This document shows, piece by piece, positions 37,695-47,102 of a DNA stretch of 64,000 nucleotides. This DNA is from Patescibacteria group bacterium (GTDB lineage: Bacteria > Patescibacteriota > Microgenomatia > UBA1400 > PJMF01): positions 3,271-67,270 of the forward strand of contig BOKR01000001.1 in assembly GCA_016861085.1 (NCBI GenBank), read 5' to 3'. How positions within the stretch are numbered: the stretch's first letter is position 1; each line of letters begins with the position of its first letter. Position numbers and translations under genes: made by a program. The notes beneath the pieces were generated by a model. It did not search any database, was not told the origin of the DNA, and saw nothing but the letters and a program-made list of their open reading frames with translations.

Positions 37695-38177
37695 ATGAAT
37701 ACATCTCGTACAGCAGTATTAGTTAAGCCAGATGGCTTGCAACGAGGTTTGATTGGTGAGATTATTTCGAGATTTGAGAGAAAAGGTCTAAAATTAGTTG
37801 GACTCAAAATGGTCAACCTTACTGATGAGCAGCTTTCAGATTGGTATGCAGAACACAAAGATAAAAGTTTTTTTGGTGAATTAAAGTCATTTATGGGTTC
37901 TATGCCTATCGTTTGTATGGTTTGGGAAGGAATTGACGCTGTCCCAGTTGTAAGAAAACTCGTTGGAACTACTTTGGGTAGAGAAGCAGAAGCAGGATCA
38001 ATTCGCGGTGATTTTGGTATGAGTCAACAGTTTAACTTAATTCACGCTTCGGCAAATGGTGATGACGCGGCTCGTGAAATCAAAATTGTTTTTAGCGATG
38101 ATGAACTCTTTAATTATGCGGGTGCCAGAGAATGTGTTATTTATGCAGACTTTGAGCTTGCTAAGTTGAAGGAATAA
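37695..38177 (+). CDS. ndk: nucleoside diphosphate kinase
   Basis: …AVLVKPDGLQRGLIGEIISRFERKGLKLVGLKM… and the active-site region NLIHASAN (NxxHgSD). 160 aa. Confidence 0.9.
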   Translation: MNTSRTAVLVKPDGLQRGLIGEIISRFERKGLKLVGLKMVNLTDEQLSDWYAEHKDKSFFGELKSFMGSMPIVCMVWEGIDAVPVVRKLVGTTLGREAEAGSIRGDFGMSQQFNLIHASANGDDAAREIKIVFSDDELFNYAGARECVIYADFELAKLKE

Positions 38178-38195
38178 TTTTTTTAAGGAAACTAT

Positions 38196-38232
38196 GAGCC
38201 GCCTGGGCCTTCGCCCAAGCGGCTCTTTTTTT
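38196..38232 (+). terminator. intrinsic terminator downstream of ndk
   Basis: GAGCCGCCTGGGCCTTCGCCCAAGCGGCTC hairpin followed by TTTTTTT. Confidence 0.7.
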
Positions 38233-38233
38233 G

Positions 38234-38305
38234 TGCCCCCGCCGGGAATCGAACCTGGAGTTGCCGCTTAGGAGGCAGCCGTTTTATCCATTGAACTACA
38301 GGGGC
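38234..38305 (-). tRNA. tRNA-Arg (anticodon CCU); CCA not encoded
   Basis: Manual cloverleaf fold. Acceptor GCCCCUG/CGGGGGC (one G-U), U8, D-arm GUUC/AAAC with A14 and G18G19, anticodon stem GCUGC/GCGGC with loop CUCCUAA, 4-nt variable loop, T-loop UUCGAUU, T-stem with one A-C mismatch, discriminator A. Confidence 0.7.
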
Positions 38306-38401
38306 GCACAGTTGCGATTTGTATTCTCTACAGTTGTTATTTTACCAGACTCTCCAGGCATATTAAATACATATAGGTAATTTTGCTATATACTGGTACT
38401 A

Positions 38402-39559
38402 TTGCCCATGATGGAACAGAAAAAAACAAAAAAAGCACCGGCAAACAAACGACTTAAGGCAAAAAAGCCAAAAGATCGAACAGAGCTAAACTCAATTTTT
38501 TTAGCTACACACTTTGTGCGCCCTGATGAAGTTCCATTTTGGGAATTTCTTAAACAGAATAATATTCAATATAATAAAAAACATTTTCCATTCTTAACAC
38601 ACAACACTGTACCGAAAATAAAGCCAGTTTTTGATTTTGAAGAGTACGTGCAGATTGGATCCCGTGGTGAGGCGCTTTCATACCTATACAATGGCTTTGG
38701 GAAAGCATTAAATTATGTGGGCCCAGTGCTCGATCTTGAACTTGAGCACGGGTTCAATGATCACACTGATAGACATACTTTGTGGGTGACCCAAACTGGT
38801 GTTGAACTGCTGCAGCGTGCCGGTATTTCATACGATGGTTTTGGTCATTATGATCCGCTGACAGAAACAATGATGACTTTAGTCGGAATGACACACGATT
38901 TAGGCAATTTTTTCTCAAGAAAAGAGCATTCAACATACAGCGCCTGGTTGCTAACAAGACTTTTTACCAATACAAAAAGAAAACCAAAAGAATTTGAGAC
39001 AGCCTTACACGCAATTTTGTTCCATGAAGAGCCAACCTTACTTGATTTGAATATGAATATTGCAGAGGGAACACCACTACAGTGGGCATTGGTTGCAGCA
39101 GACAAGATGCATGTTGGTAGAGACAGGGTAGGGGGTCGTTCGTTTGAAAATGGTATCGCTAAAGGTGCGCTTGAAGACGATATTCATATTGTACTCAATG
39201 CACTGATTGTTCGCTCGAGTTGGCACTTGGGTGTTAGAAAGTTTGTTTGGAATTTGGATTTTAGTGTAGACCAGCTAGAGGAAAAATTTGAGAGCTTTAC
39301 TACTGGGAACCAGCGATTGTATTTGCCAAAGTTCTTTCAAAACATGTTTATTGGGAAAGGTACGCTATATCGTGAGTCGTTTGCAAAACTATTTAATGAT
39401 ATTTATGCAAATCGTATGAAAATGGCAGCAAAGTGCGTTTTTTTGCTATTTCCTCATATCTCTGAATTTATTGTTGAGTTGTCTGACAATGATACGCGGG
39501 CAAAAGTTGGTAGTGGAAGAATGACAGTATTGCAACTAACTAGAAAACAAGTAGGTTAG
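38402..39559 (+). CDS. HD-domain phosphohydrolase family protein with Lys-rich N-terminus
   Basis: H…HD…H…H…D pattern: HTDRHTLWV, GMTHDLGN, ILFHEE, AADKMHVGRD. 385 aa. Confidence 0.5.
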   Translation: MPMMEQKKTKKAPANKRLKAKKPKDRTELNSIFLATHFVRPDEVPFWEFLKQNNIQYNKKHFPFLTHNTVPKIKPVFDFEEYVQIGSRGEALSYLYNGFGKALNYVGPVLDLELEHGFNDHTDRHTLWVTQTGVELLQRAGISYDGFGHYDPLTETMMTLVGMTHDLGNFFSRKEHSTYSAWLLTRLFTNTKRKPKEFETALHAILFHEEPTLLDLNMNIAEGTPLQWALVAADKMHVGRDRVGGRSFENGIAKGALEDDIHIVLNALIVRSSWHLGVRKFVWNLDFSVDQLEEKFESFTTGNQRLYLPKFFQNMFIGKGTLYRESFAKLFNDIYANRMKMAAKCVFLLFPHISEFIVELSDNDTRAKVGSGRMTVLQLTRKQVG

Positions 39560-41436
39560 CTAATCTGCAAAATACCGTGTAAGACAGTAGCAGCGCTGGC
39601 TAAGGTAGCAAAACTTCCTCTTTCTCCAAGCGATGTAACCAATGTTTCGCCGTGAGATTGCTCTACTTTAGTTGGAGGAACTTTTGTATTGTCAGAGGTG
39701 TAGTAACAGACTATTGGTATTATGCCAATATCTTTGCAGGCAAGGTGTAAATGATGAGATTCCATATCTAAAAGGATTCTTATCTTCTTGGGATTGATAA
39801 CTTCTCCACGATCGTTTCGTACAAGGATTTCACGATTTGCTAATTTTTCTCTAATAAACTTGATATCTTCTATTGATTGTAAGAGAACACCGTTTACTTG
39901 TAGGATGACTTCAGTTTCATCTCCAGCTGGAATGATAGCTACATCCTCTGGAATTAAGCGATTTAAAAATGTTTCACCTTTCGCGTCTGGACTATTGGCT
40001 ACAGTATTTTCTGGGAGTACAATTCTTCCAACTTTGACACCACTACGAGCACCATCATCAAGATAGTCGATAGTCGCACCAACTTTTCCAAAAAAACCAA
40101 TTGATTCAGTGCCCATAACGGCTTTAAGAGACTTTACTAAGCCATATGTATTGTCACCAAGTGGATAACAAAAGTTCAACATTGTAAAATTTCGATTTTT
40201 AGCGTCTTGGAGTATGTTTCTAATTGACTCTTCTGGTATATGATCAATATTTGCTTGGTCAAGGTTGCCAAAGTTGTAATGGTCAATCGGATCTGCAAGT
40301 GTTGTTTCGTCTGCAGAAAATAACGGGGTCTTCAAACTATTGATAACGCGCGCAAGTTCTTCTTTAAGTGCCAAATACAGTTTATTTTCACCAGAGTAGC
40401 GATTAAGGTATTGTAAATATCCAAATCTCCTGACTAACTCTTGTTGCTCGGGTGTTAACTTTTCGGGTTTAATAGTTCCATTGAGTGCTTCAAGTGGATC
40501 TTTAATGTTTTTATCTGATTGTAGAATATCCATTTCTTCTTGTGAGAAAATACCAATAGCAGCTAGAATTGGCAATGCGAATTCATTTCCCAATATTGCT
40601 GCTTGTGGTGTAGAGAGTCTCTTTTCTGCCAATCTTTCTTTTATTTGTTCAACAACTTTATAGTGAGTGGTTGTTTCTAGTTTAGGAGCAGTTTGGTAAT
40701 CTCTGAGTCCATATTGACTGGAACGTATAGTAATTCCCTTTTGTGATGCCCATTGTTTTATTTCTTTTAGATCCCAAGCTTTTTTTGTAGTTTTTTCTAG
40801 GGCTCTACGATATACCATGGCATTTTTGTCTTGCTTCTTGGTTGACTTCATTCGTTTTCTTGCCAGTTCTATGACACAAATCAATGACAAAATTTCTAAG
40901 GCATCAGTTGATGGTTGCAAGGTATCTGTTCTTCGAACAAAGAACGTGAATTTACTCAAGCCATTTGGTAATTCCTCGATTGAATAGAGCCGTCCTCTTG
41001 CATCAGCACGTTTTACCTTGTTATTTGGTAAATTCATGAAATATTCTTCATCATCGGTAAAGAAAACATCTGCATTTGACAGTTTGATTACATCTTCTTT
41101 ACTTACCAAACGTAACACTGCGTATGAAAATTCACCAGCAAGGTCTTCATTTGTTCTTTTTAGATTCGTCCATTCTTCTGAGTGAAGAGCATGATGTTGG
41201 GCATCTATATCATGCAGCAGAAGGCTATTGGCATAGTGTCTATAAATAAGTGCTAGTTGTCTTGCGTCAAAGGATGCGTCAGGGTTTTGGGCCAACTTTT
41301 CAAGCATGGCCTTGAAGATTAGTTCTCTTCGATGTGTTTGTGTTATTTCAGGGCTCGCTAATCCTTCCTCGAGTTCTTTGCCAAGTCCTTCAGGGATGTA
41401 TGGAGCTGGAGTTTCGTGAAGGTGTTTTTGAATCAT
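39556..41436 (-). CDS. two-domain protein: unknown N-terminal about 400 aa plus C-terminal nucleoside phosphorylase (PNP_UDP_1/MTA-nucleosidase-like) domain
   Basis: C-terminal …IRILLDMESHHLHLACKDIGIIPIVCYYTSD… resembles the MTAN/PNP family-1 catalytic region (DMEsaa…ISD). N-terminal region has no recognisable motif. 626 aa. Confidence 0.45.
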   Translation of the reverse strand: MIQKHLHETPAPYIPEGLGKELEEGLASPEITQTHRRELIFKAMLEKLAQNPDASFDARQLALIYRHYANSLLLHDIDAQHHALHSEEWTNLKRTNEDLAGEFSYAVLRLVSKEDVIKLSNADVFFTDDEEYFMNLPNNKVKRADARGRLYSIEELPNGLSKFTFFVRRTDTLQPSTDALEILSLICVIELARKRMKSTKKQDKNAMVYRRALEKTTKKAWDLKEIKQWASQKGITIRSSQYGLRDYQTAPKLETTTHYKVVEQIKERLAEKRLSTPQAAILGNEFALPILAAIGIFSQEEMDILQSDKNIKDPLEALNGTIKPEKLTPEQQELVRRFGYLQYLNRYSGENKLYLALKEELARVINSLKTPLFSADETTLADPIDHYNFGNLDQANIDHIPEESIRNILQDAKNRNFTMLNFCYPLGDNTYGLVKSLKAVMGTESIGFFGKVGATIDYLDDGARSGVKVGRIVLPENTVANSPDAKGETFLNRLIPEDVAIIPAGDETEVILQVNGVLLQSIEDIKFIREKLANREILVRNDRGEVINPKKIRILLDMESHHLHLACKDIGIIPIVCYYTSDNTKVPPTKVEQSHGETLVTSLGERGSFATLASAATVLHGILQIS

Positions 41437-41479
41437 GTATTTAATACATATTTAATGTGTATTAATGTATTATATAACA

Positions 41480-42829
41480 TCATTTTTTCAATTCAAGTGC
41501 ATAGAGATTTTGCGGTGTTTCTGGACTAAAGGTAGTTAAGATGACGAGCCTATCTCCATTTGGCCAAGGGTACACGAAGTTTTCAGCAAATGGTCCAGAA
41601 TAGAGAGTTGTTTGATTTGTAGTGTCATATTCCATGATTTTAATAGAGTTATTTTCAACGAAAATCAAATGTTTTGAGTCCGGAAACCACTGCAGTGTAT
41701 CTGTGAAGGCACTAGAATGGTAAATGTTAAAGTTACTTGCTGTTTGAGCACTTGCTGTGGCTTGCAAAGTTTGAAAGGCGCTTGGTGAAGCAGAGATTAA
41801 TGGAGAGTTTTTATCTAATATGTCTTGTGCTAAAAGCCTCTTACTCCCAACTTGCGCACTTCCTGTTGCCTCTGTTCCAACTCTAAAGTTGCGGTCTTCT
41901 TCGCCATCATAAACGTATATTCCTCCAACAGAGAGCTGTCTTTCTTCTGGTTGTGTATTACTAGCTGGGATAGGGGGTATCAAACCTTCTGGAATAGTAA
42001 CTGCAGCAGTGGCTGTGTAGAGAATTCTTTTTTTGTCTGGGGAGATATACACATTTTTGGCGCTGTTTGTAGCAATCTCAATGATTTCTGGTGGAAATTT
42101 GGAGTAATTTTCTCGTTCTCTTAGATACATTTCTTGTTCCCATTCAGATAAAATTTGCTTTTTCCTGAAGGAAATATCTGTAAGTGAGTCAAGAGAATTG
42201 AGCTTTTTAATGTCGAGAAGAATCTCTCTATCTTCAGCGATGAGTATTACTTCACTACTATCTGGTGCCCAGATAAATCTTGCAGTATTTAAGTCAAAAT
42301 TGAGTGATTCATCACTAATCTGAATCGGCTCCCTTTGAAACGAAAATGCATTGTTAAACAGTTCAAGCAGATATAAACCGTTTTTTCTTTCACTGGTATT
42401 TGAATCTGAGTAGAAAATAATTTTTTGACCGTCTGGTGATGGGGATAAGTTACGGGCTCCATTAAATGTAAGCGTTGTCAAGCTTGGAGCCTTCGGGAAG
42501 AGTGTAGCGTTTGTTTGTACTACGAGTTCTTTCTCGATTTTAATTCTTTTTTTCCATGGGTTGTAGCCATTTTTGATAATTTCAATTTCGTATTCTCCGG
42601 GCTCAAGATACATGGTATCATCAGTAACCGTAATAAGTTTGCCATCAATTAGCACTTCGGCAGCAGTTGGGAAGGAGTTGGCTGATAGTAGTCCAGTTCC
42701 CTGAACAAAACCCTTGTCAGTTAACCTGAAATTTCCCTTGGCATACTGAATAGCGATTGCTGTTCCAATGAGAATGAAAAAAGCCGAGATAAATGTATAC
42801 AAAAACCGTTTGTTGACCTTAGTCTTCAT
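41480..42829 (-). CDS. membrane-anchored extracytoplasmic protein with PEGA-like domain and TolB-like (PD40) beta-propeller repeats
   Basis: N-terminal TM anchor. LEPGEYEIEIIKNGYNPW resembles a PEGA domain. Repeated WAPDSSEVILIA and WFPDSKHLIFV motifs are typical of PD40/TolB propeller blades. 449 aa. Confidence 0.5.
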   Translation of the reverse strand: MKTKVNKRFLYTFISAFFILIGTAIAIQYAKGNFRLTDKGFVQGTGLLSANSFPTAAEVLIDGKLITVTDDTMYLEPGEYEIEIIKNGYNPWKKRIKIEKELVVQTNATLFPKAPSLTTLTFNGARNLSPSPDGQKIIFYSDSNTSERKNGLYLLELFNNAFSFQREPIQISDESLNFDLNTARFIWAPDSSEVILIAEDREILLDIKKLNSLDSLTDISFRKKQILSEWEQEMYLRERENYSKFPPEIIEIATNSAKNVYISPDKKRILYTATAAVTIPEGLIPPIPASNTQPEERQLSVGGIYVYDGEEDRNFRVGTEATGSAQVGSKRLLAQDILDKNSPLISASPSAFQTLQATASAQTASNFNIYHSSAFTDTLQWFPDSKHLIFVENNSIKIMEYDTTNQTTLYSGPFAENFVYPWPNGDRLVILTTFSPETPQNLYALELKK

Positions 42830-42851
42830 ACAGGTATTATAGACTCAGAAG

Positions 42852-43877
42852 ATGAAAATTCCTATCGTAGAAAAACTCAATAAGAAAATAGGTATAGACA
42901 TAGGAAGTTCTCGTACCAGAATTTGGGTTTCTGGTGCTGGAATTTTGATCAATGAAGCAACTTGCATCGCGTTTGATAAAACGAATAAGAGTGTCTTGGC
43001 AGTTGGTGATGAAGCCTATCAAATGGACGGAAGAGTAGGGAGTAACATCGTTGTAGCATATCCAGTTAAAGATGGAAAAGTGTACGACATGGTAGCTCTG
43101 ACCGCACTGCTTAAAATCCTCATTCACCAAGCAGCAGGTTCAATTACATTTTACAACCCAATTATCATGGCTAGTGTCCCTGCACGAGCTACACAGGCCG
43201 ACAAAGAAATTGTAACGCAGGTTTTATCTTCACTTGGTGCTGGTGAAACATACACAATTTCTCAGCCCTTGGCAGCGAGTATTGGTGCGGGAGTGCCAAT
43301 TGCTGATGCCTCTGGTAGTTTTTTGTTGCATATGGGGGCAGGGGTTGTCGAGGGTGTCGTTATTTCACTTGGCAGTATTATTGTTTCACAGTCAAATGAA
43401 TATGCAGGAGAATACTTTAGCAATAGCATTCGTACTTTTGCTCTTAAAAATTTAGATCTTAAAATTAGTAAAAGGACGGCTAGCAGTCTAAAAAAAGAAG
43501 TAGTCTCTGTTGAGTTTAACTCAGAACGAGAAAAACTGGTTGCAGGACAAGATACTATTAACGAGAATCCAAAAGAGTTGTTAATAAGAAGCAAAGAGCT
43601 TTCAAATCATACGCTAGCTTATTTAGAAAAGGTAGAAAATCTAGTAGTGAAGCTGCTATCTCAAGTTCCTCCAGAATTAGCAGTTGATGTCATTGATAAA
43701 GGACTATTGCTTACTGGTGGCTCAGCCAAGTTGCATGGTATTGAGATATTTTTTGTTGAGAAATTGGGAATTCCGGTTTGTGTCGTAGATAACTCAGAGA
43801 CAGCTGTAGTTGAGGGTATTGGCCAGGCTTTGGAAAACTTGGATTTGTTTAGAAGGAGTCTGGGGCATCAGGAGTAG
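42852..43877 (+). CDS. mreB: rod-shape determining actin homologue MreB/Mbl
   Basis: IGIDIGSSRTRIWVSG (phosphate-1), …DGKVYDMVALTALLK…, ISQPLAASIGAGVPIADASGSFLLHMGAGVVEGVVISLGSI (phosphate-2/adenosine motifs). 341 aa. Confidence 0.9.
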   Translation: MKIPIVEKLNKKIGIDIGSSRTRIWVSGAGILINEATCIAFDKTNKSVLAVGDEAYQMDGRVGSNIVVAYPVKDGKVYDMVALTALLKILIHQAAGSITFYNPIIMASVPARATQADKEIVTQVLSSLGAGETYTISQPLAASIGAGVPIADASGSFLLHMGAGVVEGVVISLGSIIVSQSNEYAGEYFSNSIRTFALKNLDLKISKRTASSLKKEVVSVEFNSEREKLVAGQDTINENPKELLIRSKELSNHTLAYLEKVENLVVKLLSQVPPELAVDVIDKGLLLTGGSAKLHGIEIFFVEKLGIPVCVVDNSETAVVEGIGQALENLDLFRRSLGHQE

Positions 43878-43887
43878 CTTTTTAAGC

Positions 43888-45330
43888 TTAAGCAAGACTA
43901 ACAAATTTTTTAAATTGGTTCCCACGATCTTGATAATTTTCAAACAAATTAAAACTGGCGCTTGCCGGACTCATTAATACGATGTCTCCAGGCTCTGCAG
44001 CTTCTTTCGCAATTCTAACTGCCTGTTGCATAGAAGTTACTTGAGTATAGGTGAGCTCGCCCATGTTATTTTCGAGTCTTTTTTTAACTTCATCAAGAAT
44101 AATCTCCCCCGTGTCTGGAAGTAAGATGAGGTGTTTGATCTGGTGATCAATGATTGTTTGGGCAAGGTCAGAGTAATCAAGACCTCTATCAAAACCTCCT
44201 GCAATTAAAATTATTGGGTTATTTTTAAAACTTTCGATAGCAGCAATCGTAGCAACTGGCGTAGTTGAGAGTGAGTCATTGTAGTAGGAAACCCCTTTTA
44301 TTTGTTCGACAAGTTCAAGGCGATGCGGCAAGGTTTTAAATGTTTGTAAGGCGTCTGCAATTACTTGATTTGGAATTGAGAAGTGTTTTGCGATGATAAC
44401 TGCAGGGAGCGCATTTGTGATGGTGTGGTGGCCAATGAGAAAAATTGTGTCTAGATCAACGATTTGTTCATTTTTATATGTAATCCAGTTGTTATTGACA
44501 TTGCGTTTATAACTAAAGGTAAGTTGATTGGCATCGGAGAGGTGAGCAATTTTTTTAGGTAAATATAATTCCGAATCAAAAATTGCAAAATCATTTTCAG
44601 ACTGAAACATACAAATTCGTGATTTTGCTTGAACATATTGATTAAAGCTTTCGTAGTAATCTAAGTGCTCTGGAGTTATGTCGAGAATAACAGCGTAGTT
44701 TGGGCTATGAGACATATCATTAAGTTGATGGCAAGATAATTCCAGAACTACAAATACTGGGTATTCAGTTGCATTATTCTCAGCTGCGTCAGAAATGGAT
44801 CCGACTAAAGAAAGGGGAGCAACCCCAATATTTCCGCCGAGAAAACTATGTGCTTTAGCTGATGAGAGAACATGGTGAATGATTGCTGTTGTTGTGCTTT
44901 TTCCTTTTGTCCCAGTCACTCCGATTGTGGTAATTTTTTTGTTTTCGTTATTGAGGTTGGCGTTTATAACATCTATTAAAGCGAAGAATAAGTCTGTATT
45001 TGAGGTAAAGTTGGCCTTTAATTTTTTTGCCTGTTTGATAAGTTTGTTATGAGGGGGGATTCCGGGAGTTTTAAAAATTATTATCCCAGATGTACTCAGT
45101 AATTCTTCGTGCTCAAGGTGTGTCGAAAATTCTACAGCGTGGTCGGAATTCTCAACTTTCTGCCAGGACTCACCAAGATCACTCAAGCTTTTTTCATCAA
45201 TAAGCCATAGTTTTGTGTCTGGTAAATAGGTACGCAGAAATTCATACGTAGAAATTCCTTCGCGTCCAAGTCCAAGGATAACGATGTGTTTGTCTGCTAG
45301 CTGGTTGATATAGTCATACAGTTGATGCAT
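43888..45330 (-). CDS. murD: UDP-N-acetylmuramoyl-L-alanine--glutamate ligase (MurD family)
   Basis: N-terminal Rossmann HIVILGLGREGIS. Mur-ligase P-loop IGVTGTKGKSTTTAII. C-terminal Mur ligase domain. 480 aa. Confidence 0.85.
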   Translation of the reverse strand: MHQLYDYINQLADKHIVILGLGREGISTYEFLRTYLPDTKLWLIDEKSLSDLGESWQKVENSDHAVEFSTHLEHEELLSTSGIIIFKTPGIPPHNKLIKQAKKLKANFTSNTDLFFALIDVINANLNNENKKITTIGVTGTKGKSTTTAIIHHVLSSAKAHSFLGGNIGVAPLSLVGSISDAAENNATEYPVFVVLELSCHQLNDMSHSPNYAVILDITPEHLDYYESFNQYVQAKSRICMFQSENDFAIFDSELYLPKKIAHLSDANQLTFSYKRNVNNNWITYKNEQIVDLDTIFLIGHHTITNALPAVIIAKHFSIPNQVIADALQTFKTLPHRLELVEQIKGVSYYNDSLSTTPVATIAAIESFKNNPIILIAGGFDRGLDYSDLAQTIIDHQIKHLILLPDTGEIILDEVKKRLENNMGELTYTQVTSMQQAVRIAKEAAEPGDIVLMSPASASFNLFENYQDRGNQFKKFVSLA

Positions 45331-46753
45331 ATGTTGTGACTGCTTGTTTTAATATAGTTGCAAAGGCTTCTGGTAGTGAATTTTCTGAGTTCCAGTCGCT
45401 GAGGATAACTTGTGCTCTTTCTTTGTAATCCGTCATTCCATCTGGACCTGTTTTTAATTTTACATTGGTCTCAAGTTCATGGGAAACTTTTTCAAGCAAA
45501 ACTGGCATCTTTAGAGAGTGTTTGGTACAGTGATTCACACTCAAGTGAAAGGCAGCAATGGTTTCTTCGTGGGTTCCAACACAATCAAATGGTTTGGCAC
45601 TACTGAGTCCAAGTAGTTCTTGAGCAATAGGCCAAAGGTGTTCATTTTCAAACAGATTGCTACCAAAATATGCTGTTAACTTTTCTGGTCCTAAGAATGG
45701 AAAGAGTATTGTCCAGGCAAAGAGGCATTTGGAACAATTGCCACACCAAATATTTCGTTTTTGCCCACGATTACAACTTCTAAAGACTGGATGATGATCT
45801 GGAAATTGAGCAAATATTCGCGCGATTTGCAGCTCATAGAGTGGGCGCATGAAGGAAAAATAGAGGGGAGCACTGTTGGGCAAAAAGTGGGTGACATACT
45901 CCTGTAAATCGCGTTCAAACTCATAGCTTTTTGAGTATTGATGATTAACTTCTTGATCACAATACCAGACGTTCCCTTCGTTTGAACTTCGTTCATTGCT
46001 AATGGCAACGTAACCATAGCCAAATAAGTCAGCAGTTAGAAGACTTAAAAAAGCTAGGTAGGCGCTAATTGGCACATGTCCATTAAGGTAGCCACTCTCG
46101 TTTAACTCAAATATTTTAGGGTCTAGAACGCGTGTTATCGCAATCTGTCTCTCTTGAGGAATTCTACTTACTTGAATGATATTTTGTGCGGCTTTTGGCG
46201 CGCTGACGGTAAATGTTCCAACTTCAAAGTGGTTTTTTAATAATTCAAGAGTAACTGATGAATCTTTTCCTCCACCAACTGGGACGAGGACTTTTCGTTT
46301 GATTTCAAGATCTGGCGATTGTATTTGGCTTGTACTGTGTTCTTTCTTTGATTCGGCTGTAAAGGTGACAAAGTTTTCGACGGAGAAATCGATGTTATTC
46401 AGATAGAAGAATTCACCCATACCCTTAAAAAGAAGCTTCTGCCAGAACTTAATTGCCTCTGGAGAAAGATTGCCTGCTGCGACGATAATCTTTGGTGAAG
46501 CAGTAGCTTTCCAGTAGCTGTACAACTCTGACATGCCAAGGTTGAAAGCGTATGTATCTACGGCATCCTTTCCAAGGCGGTCGATCATTTCTTGAGAAAC
46601 GTTATGAATTGTGACACTTGGGTCAAATGTAATATCGGGGCTAATGTGGTACTGAAACGTAATTTTCAAGTCACGGCCGTCTAGTAGCTCCCATGAATAA
46701 CCATGGTAAGTAAAGGTTGTATGTGTGGCTCGTAGTTGATTTGCGTCTGCCAT
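45314..46753 (-). CDS. PP-loop (N-type ATP pyrophosphatase) superfamily protein with QueC-like Cys motif; overlaps murD; possible MurL-type function (speculative)
   Basis: PP-loop VPVGGGKDSS (SGGxDS-type). Cys cluster C-x12-CGNCSKC. Extra N-terminal 150-aa domain. 17-bp overlap with murD start implies co-translation. Confidence 0.45.
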   Translation of the reverse strand: MADANQLRATHTTFTYHGYSWELLDGRDLKITFQYHISPDITFDPSVTIHNVSQEMIDRLGKDAVDTYAFNLGMSELYSYWKATASPKIIVAAGNLSPEAIKFWQKLLFKGMGEFFYLNNIDFSVENFVTFTAESKKEHSTSQIQSPDLEIKRKVLVPVGGGKDSSVTLELLKNHFEVGTFTVSAPKAAQNIIQVSRIPQERQIAITRVLDPKIFELNESGYLNGHVPISAYLAFLSLLTADLFGYGYVAISNERSSNEGNVWYCDQEVNHQYSKSYEFERDLQEYVTHFLPNSAPLYFSFMRPLYELQIARIFAQFPDHHPVFRSCNRGQKRNIWCGNCSKCLFAWTILFPFLGPEKLTAYFGSNLFENEHLWPIAQELLGLSSAKPFDCVGTHEETIAAFHLSVNHCTKHSLKMPVLLEKVSHELETNVKLKTGPDGMTDYKERAQVILSDWNSENSLPEAFATILKQAVTTYASTV

Positions 46754-47102
46754 GATATACCAAGTAGTGTATCGTATTTTTTGTCAATTTGATAGATTTG
46801 CTCTATTCTGAGTATTTGTTCGGGTGATAAGTACAGAAGTACAACAAAAAATAATATTTCTGCTGATTGTAGATAAAAATATGTTATTGCTCTAGACAAA
46901 AGGTACTCAAAGTGCCGTTTTTTACGATGTATGTTTGGTAATTGAAGTATAAATGTGTCATTTTATGGCTGAATTGCTTCGGAAAATTGAGCAATAAATT
47001 TTGGATTGAGTAAAAATGCGAATTAATCACAAATATTTTTCAGGAATATTTTAAAGATATATTTTTGATTTTTTTTGCTGTAGTTTTATAAAGGGCAGAA
47101 TT

